A stretch of DNA of 61,442 nucleotides, counting the filler. It is 4 parts of 4 records of this genome, joined end to end, with 100 filler letters (N's around TTAATTAATTAA, not from the genome) between each part and the next. Parts side by side here need not be neighbours in the genome. Positions count along the whole stretch, not along the records: positions 1 to 18,899 come from DRR723986_20771; 3 more parts are not named here. One strand, given 5' to 3'. The first letter of the stretch is position 1; each line of letters opens with the position of its first letter. Below the pieces are notes generated by a model. It searched no databases, was not told the DNA's origin, and was given only the letters and a program-made list of their open reading frames with translations. The position numbers were made by a program, and so were the translations under genes. Below are positions 1 through 9,716 of this stretch, piece after piece.

Positions 1-477
1 AATCCGGTCAAGTTCAAGATCCAGACCACCCGCGGCTTCAAGCCCAAGGATTACGAGATCATTCAGGCCATCGTCGGCTTGTGGCGCAAGATCGGCATCG
101 AGGCGGAAATCGAAGTCTACGAAATCGCGAAGCATTACGAATTGCGCGCGGCCGATACGCTGGCCCCGGCAGCCTTCTACAATTGGGGCAATGCCATTGG
201 CGACCCGACCACCTCGACCGGCTTCGCCATGTTCGGCCCCTCACCTCACTCCGTCTGGGATGGCGAAGAGCTGATGCAGAAGATCCTGCCGCTTTGGGGC
301 GAGGCTGACGAGGACAAGCGTATCGAAGGCTGGAAGGAAGTCGATCGCCACATTGCAGAAAATGCTCTGGTCATTCCGCTCCTGCAGTATGTCCAGCCGA
401 TCCTGCACAGCGACAAGGTCAAGGTCACGCCGCACGCTTCCGGCGCGCTGCTGCCTGCGTTGATGACGCGTTCCTAA
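1..477 (+). CDS. Peptide/nickel ABC transporter substrate-binding protein, C-terminal part (5'-truncated)
   Basis: Frame open from base 1 to the stop at 477. Family-5 SBP-like C-terminus (WRKIGIEAEI ... ALVIPLLQY), directly upstream of two permeases and two ATPases. Confidence 0.8.
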   Translation, partial: NPVKFKIQTTRGFKPKDYEIIQAIVGLWRKIGIEAEIEVYEIAKHYELRAADTLAPAAFYNWGNAIGDPTTSTGFAMFGPSPHSVWDGEELMQKILPLWGEADEDKRIEGWKEVDRHIAENALVIPLLQYVQPILHSDKVKVTPHASGALLPALMTRS

Positions 478-502
478 AAATCCGGAATTTTCGAACCCGC
501 CT

Positions 503-547
503 TCGCCGCAACACCCTCTAAAGCTTGCTCCCGGGGTGTTGCGGCGA
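503..547 (+). terminator. Stem-loop between the SBP and permease genes (attenuator or mRNA-stabilising hairpin)
   Basis: TCGCCGCAACACCC (503-516) pairs with GGGTGTTGCGGCGA (534-547), followed by a T run. Confidence 0.6.
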
Positions 548-577
548 CTTTTTCCGATTTTTGGGCCAAATACCGTC

Positions 578-1588
578 ATGCAAATCGTGCGCGCGCTGCT
601 GACGCGCCTCATCACAACGCTTGTCACCCTGTTTGGGGCCGCGATCATCGTGTTCGTGGTCATCCGGGTCGTTCCTGGCAACCCCATCGCCATGATGCTG
701 CCGCCCGGGGCGACAGATGCCGACATTGACCGGCTGAAAGCGCTTTACGGGCTCGACAAGAGCATCTTCGAACAGTTCGTGATCTGGATCTCCAACGTGA
801 TCCAGGGTGATTTCGGCACGTCCATCACCCTGCGCCAGCCGGTCTACGACCTGGTTATAGGCCGTTTGCCGGCCACGCTGGAACTCTCGGTCATGGCCTT
901 GCTGATCGCCGTCATCATCGGAGGTGCTGCCGCTCTCACTGCAACGCTCTACCGCGGTTCCAAGGTGGAAGGCGGGATCGACGTTGCCGGCGGCATTGCG
1001 CTGTCCCTGCCGGATTTCCTTTGGGGGCTGGCGCTGATCCTGCTCTTCGGCGTGCTGTGGCCGCTGTTTCACATTTCCGGCCGGATATCGCCTTCGCTCG
1101 GGTTCGAGTTCAGCTCCAACTTCTATCTCTTCGAAGCGCTCGCCCGGTTCCGGTTCGATGTGGTTCTGGATCTCATGGGGCACATGCTCATGCCGGCGCT
1201 CGCACTGGCAATCCCGCTGGCGGCCATTATCCTGCAGCTCCTCAAGCAATCCCTGAAGGAATGCATGCACGACGACTACATCACCCTGGCTCGCACAAAG
1301 GGCTATTCGGAAAGCTCGATCATCCTGCGTGATGCCTTGCCGAACGCGATCCTGCCCACGCTGACGCTGATCGGCGTGCAGTTCACCTTCCTCATCGGCG
1401 GTACGGTTATCATCGAACGCCTGTTTTCCTATGAAGGTCTCGGCAACATGGCGATCGACGCGGTGATCAACCGAGACCTGCCATTGATCCAGGGCATCGT
1501 CCTGATTTTCGCCCTGCTCTTCACGATGGTCAATCTGGTGGTGGACATGGCCTATGCCGCCCTGAACCCGAGGCTCCGCCATGCGTGA
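578..1588 (+). CDS. Peptide ABC transporter permease (DppB/OppB type)
   Basis: GLDKSIFEQF, GDFGTS, DYITLARTKG, EAA-loop region and C-terminal LNPRLR. Start placed at ATG 578. Confidence 0.9.
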   Translation: MQIVRALLTRLITTLVTLFGAAIIVFVVIRVVPGNPIAMMLPPGATDADIDRLKALYGLDKSIFEQFVIWISNVIQGDFGTSITLRQPVYDLVIGRLPATLELSVMALLIAVIIGGAAALTATLYRGSKVEGGIDVAGGIALSLPDFLWGLALILLFGVLWPLFHISGRISPSLGFEFSSNFYLFEALARFRFDVVLDLMGHMLMPALALAIPLAAIILQLLKQSLKECMHDDYITLARTKGYSESSIILRDALPNAILPTLTLIGVQFTFLIGGTVIIERLFSYEGLGNMAIDAVINRDLPLIQGIVLIFALLFTMVNLVVDMAYAALNPRLRHA

Positions 1589-2432
1589 CGCCCGAGGACA
1601 TATCCGTCGCCTGCCCGGCCTTCGGCTGTGGCTCAGTGGCGGCTGGCTCACCTTCCTGGTGCTGGCAGCCATCTTCGCCCCCCTGATCAGCCCACATGAC
1701 CCGCTGACACAGGATCTTTTCGCCGGACGCCTGCCGCCCTTCTTCGAACAAGGTGCCGACCCGGCCTATTTGCTGGGAACCGACAGCCTCGGCCGCGACG
1801 TGCTGAGCCGCATGCTCTATGGCGCAAGACTTGCGCTGATCGTGGCGCTGGTCGCCGGAACGCTTACCTGCCTTATCGGGGCAACGCTTGGCCTGATAGC
1901 AGGGTACTACCGGGGCTGGGCGGATCTGGTGATCTCGCGCTTCATCGACATCTGGATGGCCTTCCCTCCGGTTCTTTTTGCAATCCTGCTGATTGCGGTT
2001 CTGGGAACCGGACTGATGTCCGTCATCATCGCCATTGTCGTCATTGACTGGACCCGCTTTGCGCGCGTCGTCCGGGCTGAAGCGATGAGCCAGGGAGCGA
2101 TGGACTATGTGGCTTCGGCGCAGGTTGCCGGCCGCACCCGTTTCGGCACCGCCCTGACCGAGATCCTGCCGAACGTCCTGCCGACCATCGTCGCCCTCTT
2201 GACGCTGGAAATGGGTATTGCGGTTATCGTCGAGGCGATCCTGTCCTTCGTGAACCTGTCCATTTCCACGGACCAACCGACATGGGGCGGCATGATTGCC
2301 GAAGGCCGTACCTCCATCTATCAGGCCTGGTGGGTTCTCGTGTTTCCCTTGTTCGCGCTTTTCCTGACGGTGCTGAGCTTTTCCCAGCTCGGCGAAGGCC
2401 TGAAGGACCATTTCGATCCGGTGCTGCGATGA
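1581..2432 (+). CDS. Peptide ABC transporter permease (DppC/OppC type)
   Basis: LLGTDSLGRDVLSRMLYGAR, WTRFARVVRAE, PTWGGMI. Confidence 0.9.
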   Translation: MRDARGHIRRLPGLRLWLSGGWLTFLVLAAIFAPLISPHDPLTQDLFAGRLPPFFEQGADPAYLLGTDSLGRDVLSRMLYGARLALIVALVAGTLTCLIGATLGLIAGYYRGWADLVISRFIDIWMAFPPVLFAILLIAVLGTGLMSVIIAIVVIDWTRFARVVRAEAMSQGAMDYVASAQVAGRTRFGTALTEILPNVLPTIVALLTLEMGIAVIVEAILSFVNLSISTDQPTWGGMIAEGRTSIYQAWWVLVFPLFALFLTVLSFSQLGEGLKDHFDPVLR

Positions 2433-3307
2433 GCTTTCTGTCCATTCAGGACCTGACGGTCCAGTTGAAGAACGGCATGCCGCTGCTCCGGCATGTCTCG
2501 CTTGATGTGGAGCCTGGTGAGGTGCGTGCACTTGTCGGGGAAAGTGGCGCGGGCAAGAGCATGATCGGCAAAGCTGTTCTTGGCATTCTGCCGAAAGCCG
2601 CAAGGTTGACCGGGGGCAAGATCCTGCTCGACGGGGAAAACCTGCAGACGCTCTCCCAAAAGGCAAGACGCCAGCGGATTGGCGCCCGCGCGGCCCTGAT
2701 ACCACAGGACCCGCTCACCGCGCTCAATCCATCCCGCCGTGTCGGGCCGCAGATCACGGACAGGCTGGTGGATATTCTCGGCTGGAAACGCCCGGATGCC
2801 GAGAAACGGGCGTTGGAGCTGTTGGAAGAGGTCCACATCCAGTCACCGGAACGGGTGATGAAGGCCTATCCGCACGAACTGTCCGGCGGCATGCGCCAGC
2901 GTATCCTGATTGCGTCCGCCTTTGCCGCCGAACCGAAGCTGATCATCGCCGACGAGCCGACGACAGCGCTCGACGTGACCGTTCAAAAGCAGATCCTCAA
3001 GCTGATCCGCGAAATGCAGCAGCGCCACGGCACTGCTCTGCTGTTCGTCACCCACGATCTGGGTGTCGTCTCGAAGATAGCCCAGTCACTGACAGTGCTC
3101 TATGCGGGCAAGGTGATTGAAGAAACCTCCGTCGAGAACTTCTTTGCCGCGCCTTCGCACGCCTATTCGAAGGCCCTGCTCGCGGCAACGCCGAAATACA
3201 CAGACCCGCAAGGCTCACTGACACCTGTACCGGAAGGCGTGACGAAAGCGGTGGAAGCTGAAGTGGCTGCCTTCGACGCACAATTGAAGGCTGGAGCCCG
3301 GCCATGA
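2429..3307 (+). CDS. Peptide ABC transporter ATP-binding protein (DppD type)
   Basis: Walker [36 protein letters not shown] overlap with the upstream stop. Confidence 0.92.
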   Translation: MSFLSIQDLTVQLKNGMPLLRHVSLDVEPGEVRALVGESGAGKSMIGKAVLGILPKAARLTGGKILLDGENLQTLSQKARRQRIGARAALIPQDPLTALNPSRRVGPQITDRLVDILGWKRPDAEKRALELLEEVHIQSPERVMKAYPHELSGGMRQRILIASAFAAEPKLIIADEPTTALDVTVQKQILKLIREMQQRHGTALLFVTHDLGVVSKIAQSLTVLYAGKVIEETSVENFFAAPSHAYSKALLAATPKYTDPQGSLTPVPEGVTKAVEAEVAAFDAQLKAGARP

Positions 3308-4107
3308 GCGATATCATCTACGAGCTGAAAGACCTGCACGTCTCCTTTCCGGACATGTCCCGCAAACCGCTTTTGGGCGCGGCACCGCGGATCGATGTAC
3401 TGAAAGGGCTATCCTTCGATATTCCCAAGGGCGAAGTCCTCGGCATTGTCGGAGGGTCCGGATCAGGCAAATCCACGCTCGGCAGGGCACTGATCCGCCT
3501 GATCGAACCGGACAGTGGCGCGATCCGGTTTGAAGGCACTGACATCACCCATCTTCATGAGGACAGCCTGCGGCCCTTGCGCCGGCGCTTCCAGATGATC
3601 TTTCAGGACCCGATGTCTTCACTCAATCCTCGCCGGCGTGTCGGCGGTATCATTGCCGGGCCACTGCGCCTTCAGGGACTCGACAACATCAAGGGCCGGG
3701 TCGACGAAGCACTCGACATGGTTGGCCTGCCCCGGCATTTCGCGACCCGCTATCCACACGAGTTGTCCGGCGGTCAACGCCAGCGCGTCGGGATAGCAAG
3801 GGCAATCGCCCTGAAACCCGACTTCATCCTGGCCGACGAGATCGTATCCGGGCTCGATGTGTCCTCCCAGGCCCAGGTGCTCAACCTGCTGGAGAGCCTC
3901 GTCAAGGACCTCGGTCTCACCCTGGCCTTCATCAGTCATGATCTCTCGGTGATCCGGCGGCTGTGTACCCGCATCCTGGTGCTCTACAAGGGCGAGATTG
4001 TCGAAAACTCCGAAACGGCGGAACTCTTCGCCAATCCGAAAGCGGACTACACACGCACTCTGCTCGATGCAATTCCGCTGCCTGATCCAAAACAAGTCTG
4101 GCTCTGA
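3304..4107 (+). CDS. Peptide ABC transporter ATP-binding protein (DppF type)
   Basis: [31 protein letters not shown]. Confidence 0.92.
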   Translation: MSDIIYELKDLHVSFPDMSRKPLLGAAPRIDVLKGLSFDIPKGEVLGIVGGSGSGKSTLGRALIRLIEPDSGAIRFEGTDITHLHEDSLRPLRRRFQMIFQDPMSSLNPRRRVGGIIAGPLRLQGLDNIKGRVDEALDMVGLPRHFATRYPHELSGGQRQRVGIARAIALKPDFILADEIVSGLDVSSQAQVLNLLESLVKDLGLTLAFISHDLSVIRRLCTRILVLYKGEIVENSETAELFANPKADYTRTLLDAIPLPDPKQVWL

Positions 4108-4366
4108 AACAACAATCTGGCACCGGTCCGGATTGCCGGGCCGATGCCACAAGTCCGGTCGGTCCGTGGAATGCGCCTTCGTTTGCCTGGGGTCGAGCCA
4201 GTGCGCTTTGCCAGTCGTTGATTATTTCATTCAGCACTTGCCGGATGCTGGCGCTCCGACCATTCGCTGTTGGCGATTTTCCTCCATCCGGTCACTTCAT
4301 TTCTTCCATGGGGTGACCTACTCTATCCTTTTGACAAAGCGCATCATTCCAAGGGGAGACGACACG

Positions 4367-4921
4367 ATGGCCGCCATTCCGCCTGTTTGCGATTTTGGCT
4401 GGGAAGCACCCGATTTCGAATTGCCCGCGACCGACGGCAAGACCTACAAGCTGTCAGACATTGCCGGCCCCAAGGGCACGCTGATCATGTTCATCTGCAA
4501 CCATTGTCCCTATGTGGTTGCCGTCCGTGACAGGATCCTGCGCGATGCCCGTGACCTGCAGGCAATTGGCATCGGCGTTGCTGCAATCAGTGCCAATGAC
4601 GTCGAGAGCTATCCCGAAGACAGTTTTGAGAAAATGACAGAACTTGCACAGCGGGAAAACTTCCCTTTCCCTTACCTCTTTGACGAAGACCAGTCTGTCG
4701 CCCGTGCCTATGACGCGGTCTGCACACCGGATTTCTTCGGCTTCAATTCAGCGCTGGAACTTCAGTACCGTGGGCGACTTGATGCCTCCCGCAGGGAGAC
4801 GGGACCAGCAGACCTTCGGCGTGATCTGTTCGAAGCCATGCGACAGATTGCAGAAACGGGCAAGGGACCGGAAGACCAGATCCCGTCCATGGGATGCTCC
4901 ATCAAATGGAAGGCTGCATGA
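4367..4921 (+). CDS. Thioredoxin-fold / AhpC-TSA redoxin family protein
   Basis: FICNHCPYV, AVCTPDFF, QYRGRLD, PSMGCSIKWK. GGGGAG RBS before ATG 4367. Confidence 0.88.
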   Translation: MAAIPPVCDFGWEAPDFELPATDGKTYKLSDIAGPKGTLIMFICNHCPYVVAVRDRILRDARDLQAIGIGVAAISANDVESYPEDSFEKMTELAQRENFPFPYLFDEDQSVARAYDAVCTPDFFGFNSALELQYRGRLDASRRETGPADLRRDLFEAMRQIAETGKGPEDQIPSMGCSIKWKAA

Positions 4922-5580
4922 ATCCGATTCTGATTTTCGACCTCGATGGCACGCTGATCGACAGCGCCCGGGATCTTCATGCAGCGGCATGCCGCCTTCT
5001 GGAAGGCGAAGGCCTGCCGGCGCTGCCGCTTGAAACCATCCGCTCCTTCATCGGCAACGGTATTCCGACGCTGGTTGACCGTATCATCGATGCCACCGGC
5101 CTGCAGACGAGAGACCGCACACGTCTCATTTCAAGCTTCCTGGAGGATTACCAGGCACATGCGACCGATCTGACAGCCCCCTACCCTAACGTCGAAGCCA
5201 CGCTCAACCACTTGCTGCAGTCTGGACACACGTTGGCGATCTGCACCAACAAACCGCAGCGGCCCGCTGAGAAGATTATCGAGGACCTGGGTTTGTCCCG
5301 TTACTTCCAGGGCCTGGTTGGCGGGGACAGCCTGACGGAGCGCAAACCGGACCCGGCCGGGCTGCATTACCTGCAATCTTCCCTCGGTGGCGGTCCGGTC
5401 GTTTATGTCGGCGACAGCGAGGTCGATGCCGAAACGGCTGTCAATGCAAGCATGCCATTTGCCCTGTTCACCGAAGGCTACCGCAAACGTCCCATTTCCG
5501 AAATTCCGCATGCTGTGTCCTTTTCGAGCTTCAAGGACCTTCCGGCACTTGCGCAGAACCTGTTGTCAGCCCCTGCCTGA
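4918..5580 (+). CDS. gph: HAD hydrolase, phosphoglycolate phosphatase-like
   Basis: FDLDGTLIDS, CTNKP, KPDP and YVGDSEVD HAD motifs. ATGA overlap. Confidence 0.8.
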   Translation: MNPILIFDLDGTLIDSARDLHAAACRLLEGEGLPALPLETIRSFIGNGIPTLVDRIIDATGLQTRDRTRLISSFLEDYQAHATDLTAPYPNVEATLNHLLQSGHTLAICTNKPQRPAEKIIEDLGLSRYFQGLVGGDSLTERKPDPAGLHYLQSSLGGGPVVYVGDSEVDAETAVNASMPFALFTEGYRKRPISEIPHAVSFSSFKDLPALAQNLLSAPA

Positions 5581-5647
5581 CACAGGTTTTCGACAAGTTT
5601 GCAGCCTTCAGTGCAGACATTGAGCTGGCCTGCCGGGGAAGCTATGA

Positions 5648-7027
5648 TTGCCGCCGCACATGACGTGCGCCTTTCACCCGATTGACGGACCTGCGTTGAC
5701 CAAGGCACTTCGACAGTTTCTCCTCCTTGCGATTGCCGGCACAGCATGCCTTTCCGGTTTCGGGTCTTCCTACGCAGCGGAGCCTGAGGAAGCGGTCATC
5801 ATGGCACCTGTTCTTGCCGCCCGGGCGGCAGCCGAGACAGTGCGCAAGGAACATGGACCTTTTTACACGGTCCGGGACGAGGCTGCCTTCCTGCAGCAGA
5901 TGTGCAGCGCCATCGAGACGGCTGCGAATAAACAGGGCCTGCCACCGGGTTTCTTCGCCAAGTTGATCTGGAAGGAAAGCCGTTTCGACCCCAACGCGAT
6001 CAGCCCGGCCGGTGCGGAAGGCATTGCCCAATTCATGCCTTACACCGCCGCCAACTGGGGCCTTGAAAACTCATTCGAGCCAGTGGAAGCCATTGAAGCT
6101 TCATCCCGCTTGCTGGGATATCTTTTGAAAGGTTACGGCAACCTTGGGCTGGCGGCCGCGGCCTATAATGCGGGGGAAGACCGTGTCGACAACTGGCGCC
6201 GTGGGCGCGGGCGCCTTCCTGATGAAACCCGCAATTACGTTTATTCAATCACCGGGCACAAGGCATCGGACTGGAAACGGGGCAAAGGGCCGGACGTCGA
6301 CTTTACCCTGGACCAGACGCAGGATTTTCAGACGGCTTGTCAGGACTTCCGCCTGATCGAAGCGCCATTGCAACGCCGACTTGCCAATACCTACTACAAC
6401 CGGGGACTGGCACTGGCGAAGTCGAAAGATTATTCAGCCGCGCTGCTTCGCTACACTGTTGCCATCCGGCTTCGCCCCGAGTTTCCGGAAGCCTACAACA
6501 ACAGAGGGCTGGTCTACCGCATGATGGGTGATTATGGCGCTGCCATCGCCAACTATGATGTCGCTCTTAAGATGCGGCCCGGATATGCCGCAGCCTACAA
6601 CAACCGGGGATACGCCAAGCGCAAGCTTGACCAATACCGGGAAGCGATAGCCGACTACGACAAAGCCCTGGCGATCAATACCAATTACGCCGCTGCACGT
6701 TTCAACCGTGGTTTCGCCCAGGCTCAACTTGAAAATTATACCGCGGCGATTGCCGATTACGACGTGGTCCTGAAGCTTGTCGCCAACCACCCCCTTGCCC
6801 TTTACAATCGCGGCAAGGCTCATCTTGCCGCCGGTCATCTGAACAAGGCGGAAGACGACTTCAACTCTGCGATCGCCCACAGCGACGGATTTGCCAAGGC
6901 CTATTACAGCCGTGCGAACCTGAGGCTGCGACTGGGCCAACGCGACCAGGCCAAAGAAGACTACCTGAAGTCCGTCTCACTCGACGCCGGCCTGGGGCGC
7001 GGCAAATACGCCATCGCTTTCGACTGA
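5648..7027 (+). CDS. Lytic transglycosylase (SLT domain) fused to about 6 TPR repeats
   Basis: IWKESRFDPNAISPAGAEGIAQFMP and AAAAYNAG SLT motifs; six AYxNRG-type TPRs; signal-peptide-like N-terminus. Confidence 0.85.
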   Translation: MPPHMTCAFHPIDGPALTKALRQFLLLAIAGTACLSGFGSSYAAEPEEAVIMAPVLAARAAAETVRKEHGPFYTVRDEAAFLQQMCSAIETAANKQGLPPGFFAKLIWKESRFDPNAISPAGAEGIAQFMPYTAANWGLENSFEPVEAIEASSRLLGYLLKGYGNLGLAAAAYNAGEDRVDNWRRGRGRLPDETRNYVYSITGHKASDWKRGKGPDVDFTLDQTQDFQTACQDFRLIEAPLQRRLANTYYNRGLALAKSKDYSAALLRYTVAIRLRPEFPEAYNNRGLVYRMMGDYGAAIANYDVALKMRPGYAAAYNNRGYAKRKLDQYREAIADYDKALAINTNYAAARFNRGFAQAQLENYTAAIADYDVVLKLVANHPLALYNRGKAHLAAGHLNKAEDDFNSAIAHSDGFAKAYYSRANLRLRLGQRDQAKEDYLKSVSLDAGLGRGKYAIAFD

Positions 7028-7071
7028 CACCTGCGACTTGACGATTGCCTGCGGGGCAGCCTTGCGAACTG

Positions 7072-9714
7072 CTATTCCTTAGGCACCTCGGTTCTCACCA
7101 GCGGCAGGCTGAACCCGCCCGTGTGATACTGGTGGCAAAGCGTGCATTCTTCTCCAGCCGCACGTTCCGTGTGGCAGGTCGCGCAAGTGGCCTTGTCGAT
7201 AGGGGTGAAGTTCGGTGCGTGGATGGCAGGGTCACCTTGCTCGTAGCTCTTCAGATAGGTGTCCGCCCCCGTGGTGAGCGCGTGGCACGTCACGCATCCT
7301 TCCGTTCCGACCGCGCTGATGTGCGGGTCGTGAGAAAAACGCGTGAAACGTGTCGTCACCTGTGCGGGATTGAAGGGGTGCCAGCGCACGGCCTTTTCAA
7401 CGCCAGCCGTGTCGACGCTGTGGCACTTGGTACAGCGTCCCACCGCGCCCGGGTCACTGAGCGAGGCAAATACGGGATCCCGCAGGGCCTTTTCCTGATC
7501 CGTTGCCGCATGGCTCGAATAATCGAGCCATGTTTTCAGGAAGGGGTCTTCATGTCCCGTCGGGCGATACCGGATCGTATGGTCCTGCCGGTACCAGCCA
7601 CCATAAAGAGCCCAGTTTTCCGGATCGAATGGTTCCTCCCGGGTTTGCGCAGAGGGGTCGTCAGTTGAAATCGATGTGTCTACAGGTTCGGCCGCATCGC
7701 TCAACAGGCTCGTTCCGCCTTCGTCTGCCGCAAGGATGTCCTCACCGGCAAGAATGTCGTCACCGGCAAGTATTTCCTCTCCGCCCGCAGGCTGGCCGAG
7801 GAGAGCGTCCCCATCGGAACTGCTCGAAGCGTCGTCCTCCGCCAGGATGTCCAAGCCGTCTGACTCGTCGGCGCCTGCGTCATCCGCTATGGCAAGACCG
7901 TCTTCAACCAACGAGCCTTCGTCTGCAAGAATGTCATCTTCGGTATCTGTCTTGCCGGCCAATGCGTCATCGGCTCCTGCAGGCGCCAGCAACAGGTCCT
8001 CGGAAGCCAGCTCTGCGCCATCATCCGTTCCGCCGCCAAGGATGAGGCTATCCGTACCATGGCCTTCGCTGGCGGCATCGTCTGTCCCGGCCAGAATATC
8101 GCTGTCGTCCACCCCGGAAAGGGTGTCCGGCGCGGCCTCTTCGGTTTGTACCGCTTCGTTCTCTTCAACCTCCTGCCGGGCTTCCTCGAACGCGCGGGTT
8201 GGCGTTCCGTCGGCGTGGCGGACTAGGTCCTCAGCGAGATCCGGCAACCATTCCCGGTTGGCGGCGGCGATCACGTCGTGTGGCATCACTCCGACCATCA
8301 GCGCCATTTGCCTGTGGTCCGTCATGGTTTCGCTGTCCGCTGCCCCGGCGCCCATGGCGGCAGGAAGGCCATCACGCTCGATATTCGCGAGCAACTGCTT
8401 CACCGCCCAGGCCAGCGTTTGGACCCTTGCCAGAGCGTCCTCATCAGCCTCCCGCAGATCCAGAAGATCCAGGTCCGACACTTCACCCACGATATCCCGG
8501 CCGTCCAGCACCAGCGCCAGAAGCGCTCGCATGAAGGGCGTAATTCCTGCCTCGGACCTTTCCGGCCAGGACCCGACGTCGATACCCCGCTCCGCAAGCG
8601 TTTCGACGTCCAGGCCCGGAACAGAGAGGAAATTCGTGCCCTTCGGTCCGCTCACGATGGTCTGGCCGAGAATATCGCCACTGTGACAGGTCGCGCACAT
8701 GCCTTCGAAATCTCGAACTGCCATGTAGCGGCCGTCGTTCCCCGCCTCATGGCAGGTCTCGCACATGGCCGGAACCTTGCCGGCACCATCGGGCTTCTCG
8801 GTGGTATCCGGGAAGTGCTTTCCGAAATGCGACTTGTGATCAAAGATGATGCTGGTGCGCTGGTAAAAGGGATAGCCTGCGAATTGCGGATGACTGTCCT
8901 CGAAACGCCCGAACTTCTCGACATGGCAGGTCTGGCACCTGTCATTGGAAACTTCGGTCAGTTTGCCCAGGCTTCCCTGGTGCTCCTGGTGACAGGTGGC
9001 ACAATAGATGTTCTGCGACCCGGCAACTGCGCTACCTTGCGTCTGCCCTGCCATCGGCAATGAGAACTTGATCCGGTTTGTCCAGCTCTGATCACGCCCG
9101 GTGCCGACTTCCGCCGTGCGGGCAAGTGTCATCTGCCGGAGCTGTTCAACCGGCGTTGTATGTGCCGTGAACGGCTGCGAACCAACGTCGTGACAGGTGG
9201 TGCAGAGCGCTGCTGTCTGTTTCGGTCCTGCAGCTGTCGCGGCAAGGCCATGAAGCCAGCCAAGGCCTTGCGGACGTGCGTCGGCGTGGCACGACTGGCA
9301 ATCTGTCAGGTTGGCGTGCTGGGCTGCAAGCCGGCCCGGCATCAGATAGTTCTTTGCCACTCCGCCGGAAAGAATGATCGCCACGAGCCCGGCAGTCAGC
9401 GCCGTGAGCCAGACAGCTGCCCGCCGCCTGCGCTTGCGCAGGCTCGGCTTCGGCACGCAGGGTTCCTGGTTCAGACAGCAGCTTCCGTCCGGCAGCGGAC
9501 CATCTTCGCAAGGTCCGCCTTCCTGGCTCGAGCGCCGGCAAATCCATCGGTCGCCGTCCTGTACAGGCTGGCAGGCAGGCCCCGCCCTGCAGTTTCCTTT
9601 CCGGTCCGGTCCCAGACGACACGGACACCCGTCGGCAAGATGTCCGCAGACCCAGTCGTCCTGCGGCCGTTCATAGCGGCGTTCCTGAACACCAATTCTG
9701 CGTAACAGGCTCAT
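7072..9714 (-). CDS. Membrane-anchored decaheme cytochrome c with N-terminal Cys-rich domain and acidic linker
   Basis: 10 CxxCH motifs (CQSCH, CTTCH, CATCH, CQTCH, CETCH, CATCH, CTKCH, CVTCH, CATCH, CTLCH). RKRRRR followed by a hydrophobic helix. Confidence 0.88.
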   Translation of the reverse strand: MSLLRRIGVQERRYERPQDDWVCGHLADGCPCRLGPDRKGNCRAGPACQPVQDGDRWICRRSSQEGGPCEDGPLPDGSCCLNQEPCVPKPSLRKRRRRAAVWLTALTAGLVAIILSGGVAKNYLMPGRLAAQHANLTDCQSCHADARPQGLGWLHGLAATAAGPKQTAALCTTCHDVGSQPFTAHTTPVEQLRQMTLARTAEVGTGRDQSWTNRIKFSLPMAGQTQGSAVAGSQNIYCATCHQEHQGSLGKLTEVSNDRCQTCHVEKFGRFEDSHPQFAGYPFYQRTSIIFDHKSHFGKHFPDTTEKPDGAGKVPAMCETCHEAGNDGRYMAVRDFEGMCATCHSGDILGQTIVSGPKGTNFLSVPGLDVETLAERGIDVGSWPERSEAGITPFMRALLALVLDGRDIVGEVSDLDLLDLREADEDALARVQTLAWAVKQLLANIERDGLPAAMGAGAADSETMTDHRQMALMVGVMPHDVIAAANREWLPDLAEDLVRHADGTPTRAFEEARQEVEENEAVQTEEAAPDTLSGVDDSDILAGTDDAASEGHGTDSLILGGGTDDGAELASEDLLLAPAGADDALAGKTDTEDDILADEGSLVEDGLAIADDAGADESDGLDILAEDDASSSSDGDALLGQPAGGEEILAGDDILAGEDILAADEGGTSLLSDAAEPVDTSISTDDPSAQTREEPFDPENWALYGGWYRQDHTIRYRPTGHEDPFLKTWLDYSSHAATDQEKALRDPVFASLSDPGAVGRCTKCHSVDTAGVEKAVRWHPFNPAQVTTRFTRFSHDPHISAVGTEGCVTCHALTTGADTYLKSYEQGDPAIHAPNFTPIDKATCATCHTERAAGEECTLCHQYHTGGFSLPLVRTEVPKE

Positions 9715-9716
9715 GG

